NCBI GenBank assembly: GCA_021613535.1
Contig: CP075496.1
Span: forward strand, 4,402,001-4,466,000
Length of the DNA: 64,000 bases
DNA from: Adineta vaga
Taxonomy: Eukaryota > Animalia > Rotifera
Reading direction: 5' to 3'
Position numbers and translations under genes: made by a program. The notes beneath the pieces were generated by a model that saw only the letters and a program-made list of their open reading frames with translations, searched no databases and was not told the origin of the DNA. Shown here piece by piece: positions 1-12,761 of this stretch. The stretch's first letter is position 1; each line of letters opens with the position of its first letter.

Positions 1-251
1 ACAGAAAAAAGATTGAATATTTCCTCATTATCGTCTGGTAGGCGGATGTTAGTATATGAAGAAAAAAAAAGAAAAACTGCATCTACATTTCCCGTTATCT
101 CGTGCAATTCTTATTTATATTCCTTTTCTAGTGCTCAATTACTATCATTGAAAAATTCTTTCTTTCCGTTCATTCTTGCTAATCCTTATGACTATCATTA
201 CTTATCGTTTAAATTCCTAATCTATATCCATTCAATTCTTCTTAGTCTATC

Positions 252-988
252 ATGTGGCTTCTTATCATCTCTTGTATAATAATTTTTGTTTCAAAATATT
301 CCTTGGCAACAATTGATATTCAACCATACAATAGTTTTCAGACTGAAGATCAATGTCAAACTTTAGGTGATATATGTCAACAAACGACTGATTGTTGTTC
401 AGATTTAACTTGTTATTCTATTGAAAGTATGAAGAAAACAAAATCTTTTTGATTTTTTACAATAGAAAAACTAAACAAATATGTTTGCTTTTTATTTAGA
501 TCAAAATCTCTGTTTACCATTTAATAAACGAATGAAACGTTATGTAGAAGACTTTTTTATTCCACCCTATTATAATCCAAAAAATCATCTCTATCCATAT
601 GGAATCAATATGCCACCATTCCCATTCTATAATGCATATGGAACGAAACCAACGAAAACCTATCAAAGAAATAAAATGGGTAATTTCAAAAGGAATATTT
701 TCCTCTTTGTTACATAAGTTGAGTTCTTTTCTTTTAGAATGGGATCATTGTCAATTTCATGAAGATTGTGGTGAAAGTAATTGCTGTTATGTTCATTTTC
801 GATTTCGTAGTTTACCGAAATCTTTTTGTCGACCAAATCGAAATCCTAAGAGTCAACTTTGTGAACCTCTTACTAAATATCGTTCACTAAAGGATGTTCC
901 AGCTTGGAAACAACAACAACAACAGCAATTTGAAAATAATCAACAACAATCAACGTTTCCATCACGTACTTCGTACTTTCGGCAATAA
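252..988 (+). CDS. Secreted cysteine-rich precursor: signal peptide, ICK/knottin domain, dibasic sites, and a second prokineticin/colipase-like Cys domain (exons 252-426, 500-679, 738-988)
   Basis: Hydrophobic N-terminus MWLLIISCIIIFVSKYSLA. GT-AG introns 427-499 and 680-737 join three ORFs in frame. Spliced product has C-x6-C-x5-CC-x4-C-x8-C, then KR-M-KR, then C-x5-C-x4-CC-x13-C-x10-C. Confidence 0.75.
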
Positions 989-1759
989 ATGTTATTGAAT
1001 ATCTAATGAGATCATTACATTGAACAAAGGAGAGAGAAAAACCTCCTCGAATAAAAAGAAAGAAAGAAAGAAAAAGTAAAACGATCAATTTCAAACAATC
1101 ATTTATATTTTGTATCATCATTTTACTCTCACATATAGAATGTTTATTGATATGTGTAGATTCGTTTCTTCGTCGTCTTATTTATATAAACATCATTGCT
1201 TTTAAGCATATTTTTTCTTTGCTTAAATCTCAATCTATTTCGATTACAATGGATTTCTATTTCGAATGAAGTATATATTTAAATGAGAGATGAGAAAAAA
1301 TGAGAAGATACTTTCGATCTATCATCTGCTGTTTATGTCATCATCAATAATCAAATAAGTTATGTGTGTGGGCGATTAGCGCCTAAAAGTGATTGATTGA
1401 GGGATGGTAAACTAAGCGTATTCATGGAGAAGTTCATGTGCACACGTTCACTCGCTTGCTTCATTGTAAAAATAGGTCAAGCACGACGAACGTGAAAGAG
1501 ATAGTAGAAGAATAAAAGAAAATATCTATGTAGTAATCGTGACCGATGACGCTCGAGTTGCGCATCAGTAGTCACATCAAATGTACTGAATAGAGAAGCA
1601 TTCTCTCTTCTCCTTTCCTTTTCCTCTTATGATGGCCATTCTTTTATCTTACTTTTTATTGAACGAGTGATACAAAGAATATCTGTACGTACAAATATTC
1701 GTATTAATTTGATCAAGAAATTAGTTACAGAAAGAATCTACTAAATTTTCAAACGAACT

Positions 1760-3282
1760 ATGGCTGATACCATACCTCAACCCTATCCAACATCAACATC
1801 ACCAGGAAATGTCGAACAACAATATGCTCAACATCAATATGCATATCAAGCACGAGTCAATAGTCCAGGCGGTCAATATTATAATGGAGCTAATGGTGGT
1901 GAACAACAAGTTCAAGAAAATGCTGAACAACAAGTACCTTTAAATCAGGGCCAAGATAGTAACTATGGTCAATCAGGATTTAATGAACAGAATAATGCTG
2001 GCCTTATTCAACAATATACAGGTACTGCTGGTCAACTTGCACAACAACAAGGACCAAATGGTTATAAAATAAATTTTGATCCAAATCCACAAATTATTCG
2101 TAAACATGCTAATGATGCTGTAACATATAAACAAGAAGTTGCTGTTCGATATTTACGTCCACCAACACCTCCACCACCTGGTCCGTTGATTATTAAAGAG
2201 GTGAAATAAAAAATTCTATTTAAAAAAAAACCAAAATAATATCGATAATTTAAGGTACGAAATCCATCATTACCTCCTGCTCCACCAATTGTTATTCGAC
2301 AACGTCCACCACGACCTGCAACACCACCTCCACTCATTATTCGAGAAAGACCACCACAACCACCTGCTCAACTTGCTCCCAAATTAATTACCAAACCATT
2401 ACCACCACCGCCTCCACCACCACGACGTGTTATCATCGAACGAATGCCACCTTTACCACCTAAACCGCAAAGGTTCATTATTTCCATTTTCTTTTGTTTC
2501 TAATATAATATGATAGAATGTTTTTTCTAGTATTATTGTTGAACGTTGGCTTCCTTATAAACAACAGAAGAGACGTGTTATTTATCAAAAAGCACCACCA
2601 GTTCAACCAACAGCACCTCAAAAGAATCTTATTATTCAATGGGAAGGTACACAAGCACGTGTCGTTAAAGAATTTCGAAATTTGGGTATTATCAAAGCGG
2701 ATCCCAATACTTATGTACAACAATATGGAGCGCAACTACGGCCTACACAAGGTTTACCAGACTTTATTAAAGGTTTACCTACACCCAATCTTGGACCAGA
2801 ATATGTATGATGCACAATTTTGAGCTAAATATATCATCTTTTTATTTATTGCCTATTTTAGACACAAGGTGGTGATCCTGATCATGTCGATCCTGCACTC
2901 TTAGCTGGTACTAATTCCCCAACTCAATGGTTATGAAGCTGCAGGTGGTCAAGGTCTTCTTGCCAGTGCATCGGATGGTTCATTACCTGTTGGCGGACAT
3001 CCTGGATTTCCTCAAGATAATATTCAATATGCACCCTATGGAAATGCAGGTGGTCAACTACCTAATGATCAACAATATGCATATCAACAACAGACCTATT
3101 CTCATGAAAGTACAGCTGAAGGACAACAATATGCTGGTAAGTAATTGTTATTCTAATAAATAATATAAGAAATCTAAATCTTATCTTCAATAGATCAACA
3201 AGGCTTTGAACAACAGGGACAACAAGGTAATGGTTTTGGTCAAAATGTACAATACCAAACAATTCCTCAATATACTAATTAA
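1760..3282 (+). CDS. Uncharacterised Pro-rich protein with Gln/Gly/Tyr-rich termini (multi-exon; apparent 1-nt frameshift at the C4 run 2917-2920)
   Basis: ORF 1760-2209 continues across short introns: DPNPQIIRK..YKQEVAVRYLRPPTPPPPGPLIIKE..RERPP..PPPPRRVIIERMPPLPPKPQ..ERWLPYKQQKRRVIYQKAP. The low-complexity Q/G tail ends at TAA 3280-3282. Confidence 0.7.
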
Positions 3283-3600
3283 TTCTAAATTAAAGATATT
3301 GAAGACGTTTTTATAATTAATGATGAAAAAAATAAGTTTCTACTTTTCTTTCTTGAAAACATCTCGTTTTTATTTATCTTATTCAACACTTCTATTCTTT
3401 TTTTTTCTTCTTCTTACAACACTAGTATGTTGTTAATTCTATTCATACAATTAAAATAAAAATTGATTATATACTTGTGCTACTTACATATAGACTTTCT
3501 TTCAAGCATAATCATTCGTTTTTTAAATTTATTTCATTCAATGAATATGAAAAAAAGACGTCACAATAAAACAAACAAAATTCATTCGTACATTGAATAA

Positions 3601-6128
3601 TTATACTACTTCAACAAATTCGATAATTTCTTTACAATTCATATAAAATAATCGAACAAATCTTTGCAAATGACTAAAAAATCAATATAAAAACATTTCA
3701 TCACCGAACAATCTTTTTATCTGGCTAGATCAAATGTTGTTGTTTTTTCTCCTCTCAATATTCCATATAACATTATAATACGTATGTAAATATTGTATAT
3801 AAATCGTCCATATATAATGGAAAATTAATGACGTTTGTGCTTTACGTATTTGATTTAAACAATTGTGAACTAATTCAGCATTCGCATCATATTCATGTGT
3901 TAAAGTCATTTGAATCATTTCAGTCATTGTTCTATTATTGAATAGATTTTCGAATAATTCCTTTGAATTATGATTTCTTGAAAGATTAGTACATATTTGT
4001 TGATGAAGATCAAGAAGAATGGTTTCATTGAGATAAAATTCTGATCGTTTATGATGAAATATTCGATTCAGTTGATCAATGAAATGAAAAATAAATTCAA
4101 TGCTTAATGAACGATTTGATGAAGAAATCGAATAGGAATTTGTAAGATAAATTCGATTAGTTAAACATTGATTGATGTAATCAAACCATTGAGTATAATT
4201 CTCAGTTGAATTAAGCATATTTAATTGATGATTGAAATAATTCGGAAGAAATTTTTGATGAATTTGTTTGTATAATTCTTTGAGAAAACTTGTGAGTATC
4301 TCCGAAAGATTAGTTTGATTACTAAAATAAAATATAATTGAATAAAACAAAGAAGAAGAAAGGATTATTTACTTTGAAAATGGTAAACCATAATTTTCAC
4401 AATAATTTAAAAAGCTATGTTTTATTAAAGTACGTATTTCATATGTTAAAGAAAAGAATTGTTGACAAAGACTATAAATATATAATGTTGATTCATTCAT
4501 TAATTCAAAAAGATATTCTTCAATTAAATCAAAATTTATCTTCCAACTATGATCGTGTTCATTTGGTAGAAGTAATAATGATTTCTTTATTATTATATCC
4601 ATTTGAGATTTGGATGGCCATTGACGTTTAGAATATCGTGTTGGATGAGTATAATATATTTCAATAAGAGATTTTGGCCAACGAGAAAGAAGCAAACCAA
4701 ATGAGTATTGTTCGTAATCGATTTCAATCGTATTATTGGAAAGTTTCTTATTATGAGAAAGAAATTTTGGAGAAAATGCATCGATTATTGGATCAGATTT
4801 ATCATCAAAATGATTTGATTGAAATGAATTTGCACACGATGGAAGACGAAAGGAAGCAAATATCAGATTATTCTGATAGGGTAATAAACTAAAATGAAAT
4901 AAACATAAAGGTTTAAAATTTCAATGATTCAATAAATGTCAATACTCTCATTATTCTCAACTCAACCGTACTTAAAAGAAAACAACCTTGATCTACAAAT
5001 TCTAGTACCAACTATCATGTATATAACATTTAACGTTTTACTAAATGAAAGAGAGAGAGAATTTCAATTCAAATCAATTATATACTTTTCGATCTTGTTC
5101 ATTGATTCTTTGAAAAGACAAGTTATATGATTTGTGTTTCCTATTAAGAATCGTTTGACAATAGCACATGTTTGATTTACAAGTATGAATGTATGAAACC
5201 ATTGTTGAATCAAATTTGACGATAAATATGAACTATGATCGTTATTACAATTGTAAATAAATGATGAGAATTCTTTCAAAATTTTCTCTCGATTTATACG
5301 AATCAAACCGGTTTGAAATGAATCATTTGAGATGAAGATGAATGATGAATCAATTTCTAATGATGTTGTTTTAGAGAGATTTGCTGTTTGATTATTTTCT
5401 AATGTAATAACAACATGTGTACGATCTAATGGAACGGATTTTTGTTTATATTCATCATCATTAGGTTCAATATGATAATCAATTAATGGAATAAAATAAC
5501 ATTTGGAACGAATTTGTTCATGAATTTGATAAGAATTGATTGTATTAGGTAATAGATGAGGTATAATTGATTCCGATGGTGAAGTAAAAATAATATTGAA
5601 ATCATTGATCGTAGTTTGATGAGTATCATTTGAAGGAAATATAATTTTTGATGATGAATAATGATTTTGAAATGTTTGTTTTAAATGTGAAGATTTCAAA
5701 CGATTTTGAAAATCTTTTAAATAAAAATTTAAATGAAATCTCTTGGTTAAATGTAAATATTCTTGATTTGATGTTTTTGTAAAAATCCATTCCAATTGTT
5801 TAATATCATCATCTTTATCATCAAGTTGATGTACTCTTGTTGTTGTATTAAGAATAGATAATGAATCAATCCATTGATCAATATTAATTGTATTTCGTAA
5901 ATCTTCAAATGATTGACAATAATAGATATGGTTTTTTGAAGATGATGATATATCATGTTGTTTATCATTCGATCGAATTCGATCAAATGTTGGATAATAA
6001 TATTTGTCATCGATTGAAAATGATGATATGGAATCTGAGGAATTGAAACAACAACAACAAGATGATTGAGAAGACTTAATTGATTGAGTTAACTTTTTAT
6101 TTGAAGATTTTATCGAACTATTCCCCAT
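3601..6128 (-). CDS. Divergent Mab-21 / cGAS-like nucleotidyltransferase-fold protein with N-terminal myristoylation and Cys cluster (about 5 exons)
   Basis: Starts MGNSS (ATG 6128), followed by SSCCCC. Spliced C-terminal half reads YSFGLLLSRWPKSL..KRQWPSKSQMDIIIKKSLLLLP..SWKINFDLIEEYLF..LIKHSFLNYCE, matching the WP..WP..W-x-x-x-F-x-x-x-E-x-x-L..K pattern of Mab-21 domains. GLIRI and YLSS motifs lie upstream. Last exon about 3601-3674. Confidence 0.6.
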
Positions 6129-7939
6129 TTTATTTACATCTAAAAAAATAAACAGAAGAATGTCAATGCTTGAATAGATTTTTTTCATTTGAGATCAAAT
6201 TTCTTCGCGTGTGATGATGATGATGATGATGACGGAAAGGAGTCATTCAATTGTTCAAGATAGACAGTAGCGGAAATAAACGATTTAATATTCTCATTGA
6301 GTAGACAGGGAAAAGGAGGAGACGATGACATTTATAATCATCTTTTCGTGAAAGATCATTCGATATGACATTGACAAGTTTCTAACGAAAGAAAATAATG
6401 TTTGAGATAAACATGCAAATATAATAACAAGAGAAAAAAAAAGAATCTATGTTCAGATGTTATATCTCCTCCTTCTGTCTGCACTTGAAATAGTGCTCGC
6501 TTGTTTAGTTTTAACAAATGAACTTTATGTGTGAGAGAATCAACTGTATGCCGATTCATTCAAATCTCTTCGATCAACCAACCAGACATCATTCCTTCTC
6601 TCTCTCTCTCTCTCACTCACTCGATAAATAAAGAAGATGAAGATCGAATTGCAATGAATTAAATCGGATACAATAAAGATCTTTCGAATTGACGACGTGA
6701 TCGGATGATGAAGAAATAAGAGATAGTTAGATCATCACTCATTCCCTGTAGTGTTGAAAAGTATTATTATCGATGAAACTATTGCAACAGTTGATTACCT
6801 CATTCGTATGTGTATGGTTATAGTGATGATGAAAAAGGAGAAAAGAAGATATAAGAGACTGATCGATCGTCAAGAAGATGTATAGAATACTAATCAGAAT
6901 CTATTTGAATGAAAGAATCGATTTTTTTTTGTTACTCATAAGGAAAAGTGTCACTCACTAATCTATCAAACAAATAAACAACAGAAGATGGTGATGAGAT
7001 GTAAAGAGGAAAAGTAAAGGCTTCACTCACTCGGCATCATCCATTAGACATAGACATACGAAGTAATAGGACAAAACGATTACACATTAACTGACTGCGT
7101 GTGTCTGTATGTATGAATGTATGTTTACATAGTATAAAATTAGGAATCCAAACAAACAGAATTGAACATCTAGTGCAATTGAACGATAAATCAAAATCAT
7201 CTTAATACAATCTGTTTAAAATGTGTCTAGTCTGAACATTTCGAAAGGTTTCTTCTTCTTTTTCATATGTCTAGAAAACATAACTAGTTAACATTTATTT
7301 TGTTCTTTATCACTTCTGTTCATACATAAATAATTGACTGCAGCTGTTTTGCTTTGCTAGAAATGTTTAGTAGAAAATATATGTATTATCGTTGATGTTC
7401 AATTGAAGATGCCACTAGAGGTTGGTTAGTGTTGGAAACAAAAAAGAAAGTCTTCTTGTCGGAATGATTGCCATCTTTGATGTTCTCATGTAGACATCAA
7501 TAATATCTGAACATATGCTATGCGTATTTGATCGTTCATTCTATTCAAGAGTATGTGCCAATATGTGTCGGCGGTTAAGTGATCATCAACTACATATGGA
7601 TGGGAATATAAAGAAAAAGAATGTACTCCGACACTAGTCTTCTCTCTGTTGAACGGCTAATACAATCACTAATTGAATCGGCAGCAATATTGCTGACCGA
7701 CTTGTATGAATGGATAGAAGAGATAGAGAAAAGAGAAGAGAGAGAGAGAGGGGAAAGAGAATGATAAGGCACGTTCCATCAACTAACTGGACAGAAGAGT
7801 GTCTCGACGTCGACCAACAGACAAATATATTCTGAGCTTGTGTGAGAAGGCCAACTTGACCTTCATCTATCTCTTTCGTCTACTGTATAAAAGCTATTCA
7901 TTCAATATATTATTTGCAATTTGCAGGTTAGACGCAATC

Positions 7940-10900
7940 ATGACAATCGATTTAACCAGGCTACATCATCGTCATCATTATTATTATTTTTATCTGATCA
8001 CTTTATGCTATCTATTTTCTTTAACTATTACGGCTGCTGCTGTTGCTGATAACATCACTGACTATCATTCCAATGAGACAGTCATAGAATTCAATACAAC
8101 TTTAATTAGTGTAACAAAAGTAGTTGCTGATATTACTACTGAAGAAGCTTTCTTTGATAATAATACAGATGTTTCAACATCTGTAATATTGATTAATTCA
8201 ATGGTAACATCAACAGAAATACCATTGGAAACTGTTGAAGTGACTACAGTAGAAGTGAAAACAACTGTTAAGGAAGAACATGATTCGACCACAATGGCTC
8301 CAAAAGTTTCGACACAAAAACCTGACGAGTCAACAACAACAACGATGATGATGACGACGACGTCGACAACGGAAGTTATTTTGGTTACATCTTGTGAATC
8401 ATCTAAATATGGTTGTTGTCCAGATAATGCCACAAAACGAACTGGTAAGATCTCGGAAAAAAAGAAAGATTATATTTTTCTTTTTCTATAATTCACTTTA
8501 TCGTTGTATAGGCCCAAATAATGAAGGATGCCATGATGATAGTATGAATGTTACAATGTCGAATAGTACGATGGAATATATCAATGAAACTGATTTTGTT
8601 AGTACAGTTGAGACGGATAATATTACGATGACAACAGACAAAAGCGATGTGATTCTTGAAACTTCAACAGGAACTACGAATATTTCTGTTACAAATGAAG
8701 TGAATACTACTGAATTTGAAGTAAAGAATACGACAAGTAGCAATTTTGAAACTACTACTGAATTTGAAGTAGAAAATACTACAAGTATCAGTTTTGAAAA
8801 TATGACTATTGAAGTATCTGAAAATAGTACAATGGAATCTATGGAAAGTACTACTGAAACAGAACCAGAACTAGAAACCACTGCTGCATCATCTAATCTT
8901 TGTGTTGATAATGAATTTGAATGTTGTCCCGATGGCGAAACGCCAGCACAAGTAATACAAATGCTCTTCATAATAGTTCAATTTTACATTTACTTCTTTT
9001 CTAGGGACCTGAATTCAAAGGATGTAATACAACAGAAAAATTGAGAACGATAACAACAAATGTTTCATTTTCAAGTAAAATAAGATGATTTCAATTTTAC
9101 AAAATACTAAAAAAAATATATTGTTTTTTCTTTCTTGTTTTAAAGATGTTTGTGATTTGGAAAAAGATGCTGGTAGTTGTAGTAAATATGTTAATATGTG
9201 GGCATACGACCGTCAACAAGGTAAATGTGTTCGATTCTGGTATGGAAGTTGTGAAGGTAATGGTAATCGATTTGAAAATGAACAACAATGTCAAGAAACA
9301 TGTGTTAGTCCAAAAGGAATCGGTAAATATACATCATAATAGCTTCGTTAATCATTAAATTTCTGAAATCGTTTGTTTCTCTATTGAATAGAAGTCTGTT
9401 TGTTATCGAAAGTAACAGGTCCATGTCAATCGTCTGGTGTTCGATATTATTACGATCGAGATAAACAAGAATGTCAACAATTTCGTTATGGTGGTTGTAA
9501 TGGAAATGCAAATAATTATGCAAGCCTAGAAAAATGCCAATCAACATGTGAAAAAGAAACTGTTGGTAAGATTTTTCGAAATAAGAACATAGAAGAAATT
9601 CTAAATATAAAACATACGTATTTCTCTATAGATCAATGCACACAACCTATGGAAGTTGGATCATGTAAAGGAGAATTTACTCGATTTTATTATGATACAA
9701 TAACAGGACAATGCCGATCATTCATCTATGGTGGTTGTAAAAAGAATCGAAATAATTTCGTTACATTAAAAGATTGTTTAAACACATGCGTCAAGCCAAG
9801 ACAAAAAGGTAAAGAGAAAGTGTTCGGAAACAAATTATGATTAAAAATTCGCTTTTTTTCTTCTAAAGATATTTGTTTACAGCCAAAAGTAATTGGTACA
9901 TGTCAAGAACGACATCCATCATGGTATTTTGATATAATGGAAGGTGACTGTAAATTATTTCAATATTCAGGTAAGATCAATTTTTGAAACGTATCGAGTA
10001 GGGATAAAAAATAAATATTTTCTTTTTCCATCTCTATTCATTAGGTTGTAAAGGAAATCACAATCGATTTTCATCCAAAGACGAATGTGATCATTCATGT
10101 TCATCATTAAAAACTTCGAAAACATGTATGTAAACAAAGTCCATTAAATTCCTTTCTTTGAATTTGAATTTCTATTAAACTTAGTTGTGAATGATACAAA
10201 AACTATTTGTAATCTACCAATGGTACGTGGAAGTTGTGATCAACAGATCTCCCGTTGGTATTTCAATCCATCCGATAAATATTGTCATCCATATCAATAC
10301 ACCGGTTGTCGTAAGTTCTTGTTTTGTTTTCTTCAATCTATTCGACACTTTTTATTTTATCAGATGGAAATGCAAATTCTTTCGAAAATGAACAAGATTG
10401 CCGTGATATATGTCACGCTAAAGAAAAAGGTTTTGTATAATTTATCCAAATGAAATAAAACTTAGATTTTGACTTCTTTTCTCTTTAGATATTTGTACAT
10501 TAGAAAAAGATTCTGGTTCATGTGATCAATATAAAATCATGTGGTATTATGATTCATTAAATCAACAATGTAAAAATTTCTATTATGGTTCATGTGGTGG
10601 AAATGCGAATCGTTTTGAAACAGAACAAGACTGTCAATTACGTTGTTTGATTAAAACCGGTTTGTACCAAAAAAAAAACAATCATAAAGTTTTCCATATC
10701 ATCATCTTGTTTTATCCATAGGGAACTCTACTTGTTCTCAAAAAGTTGATCAAGGTTATGTTTGTAATGAAACAAAATCGAATCAAAATGAAACATCAAA
10801 TTCGATTATGAAATTTTTTTATGATCAACAATTAAAACAATGTTCATCGTTTCTCTATCGAGGTTGTGGTGGAAATGATAATCGGTTTGATGAAGAAAAT

Positions 10901-12534
10901 CAATGTATTGAAGAATGTCTCACTGATAAACCAAATGTTGATCAAGGTAAAGATAAGAAGAATTCTTTTTCGATATGAAATATCTGAAATAATATTTCAA
11001 GGTTGTGGATCAAACATGATTCGTTGTAATATTCAATGTCGATTTGGTTTCGAAAGAGATGAAAATGGTTGTGAAATATGTCGTTGTTTTGAACCTTGTC
11101 AAGTAATGAGAGAACTATTTGAAAATTGATTTATAGAAAAAAAACGGTTTTTGTTTCATTTTAGCGACATCAATGTCCATCCGGATATGAATGTATTATC
11201 ATTGCAGAACAAACTCCATGTGTTCAAGCACCATGTCCAGTACCAAGAGTTGAATGTCAACCACGTAAGAACAATAGAAATCTTTGATTAATAATAATTA
11301 GAAAAATCGTTATTTACTTTCAGTCAGTCCTGATCAACTTCCAGATGCAAATGGAGGTTTGTAATTATTTCGATGATCTTCAGTTTGATATTTTCGAAAT
11401 AAATTAGGTATTAAACCAATAATTGAAAATTCAATTACAAATATTTTTTCACAATTCGATGCAAATGTAACAATTCCATGTGTTCTACGACAAGGTCATC
11501 CAACACCAGTAGTTTATTGGTATATATTACTGTCAATCATTTATTGTCAATATCTAATATTGAATATTTCTTTTAGGTATAAAGAACGACAACAATTACA
11601 AGTACATGATGCAATGAGTAGTGGTATTATTGTTCGAAAAATTGAACGATTACCAGATCAATCATTATTGATTAGAAAAGTAACATTAGAAGATCAAGGT
11701 CTTTATACATGTCGAGCGATAAATGATATTGGACAAGATATTAAAGATGTACAATTGGAAATATTCGGTAGATTAGCATATCAATAAAGAATACTTTTGG
11801 AAATAATTTTGTATTTTTTCTTGTTTAGATTCAATTAAAGTAGATATCTATCCAATCAATCGAATCTACCAACTTGGTTTTACAGCTAAACTTCAATGTC
11901 GTGCTACAGGTAAAATAAAATTTCTATTACTAATATAGAAGCCGTTCGTTCTTACATTGATATAGGTTATCCATTACCACGTGTTACTTGGATGCGTAAT
12001 AATGTGCCGTTAATAAATACAACTCGTACGACATTGCAAAATGATGGATCTTTAATTATTCATCCATACAAACGAGAAGATGCAGGTAACAACGAGATTC
12101 TATTATAATTTCTTCAAGATTTCTATCGAATTTATTAAATCATTTATATTTGTCAAAGTTCTACCTTAGATGATTGATTAATTGAAATACTATAATGAAA
12201 AATATCTTTGTTTTCATAGGTCCATATGTATGCAATGCAACGAATAAAAAAGAAAGTGTAACACAAGTGGCATATCTTGAAGTGAAAGGTAATTCTATTA
12301 GATTGTAAATTAGTATGCTAATCTGTTGTATTTGATTTAGAAACTCATGTTGAAGCCACATGTGAAGATCAACCAACATTTGCCAATTGTGAACTTGTTC
12401 TTCGACATAATTTTTGTGATGTCTACTTTGATTATTGTTGTCGAACATGTTCTCAACATGCACAATATTCTCCATCATCGACATCATCAGAAAAAACTCC
12501 TAATCCTCGCATTCGTCGACATCTATTATCTTAA
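7940..12534 (+). CDS. Papilin-like extracellular matrix protease-inhibitor protein: signal peptide, Thr/Glu-rich region, two GCCPD/ECCPD repeats, 7 Kunitz domains, antistasin-like module, 2 Ig domains, PLAC
   Basis: CESSKYGCCPD and CVDNEFECCPDG papilin-type repeats. Seven Kunitz patterns (e.g. FWYGSCEGNGNRF, FRYGGCNGNANNY, FIYGGCKKNRNNF) between about 9146 and 10945. CNIQCRFGFERDENGCEICRC antistasin motif. Ig motifs DQGLYTCRA and DAGPYVCNA. PLAC CEDQPTFANCELVLRHNFCDVYFDYCCRTC. Confidence 0.85.
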
Positions 12535-12761
12535 ATCAATGTACATCTGAACAATGAGCGTTTCATTTTTCATTCTCTCTTTTTAAATATTGTCTAGTGT
12601 TTTTTGTTTATATATTCATTATCTTTTAGAAACTAATCGTTTTATCATTTTTTTCCTATTTCATGTCATTAGTTTTCTCTCTTTCTTGCTCACGTTTTAA
12701 AACAAGTCAGACATATAAAAGAAAAACAAATAAAAGAAAATGTTGGTGGTTTTGACATTGA

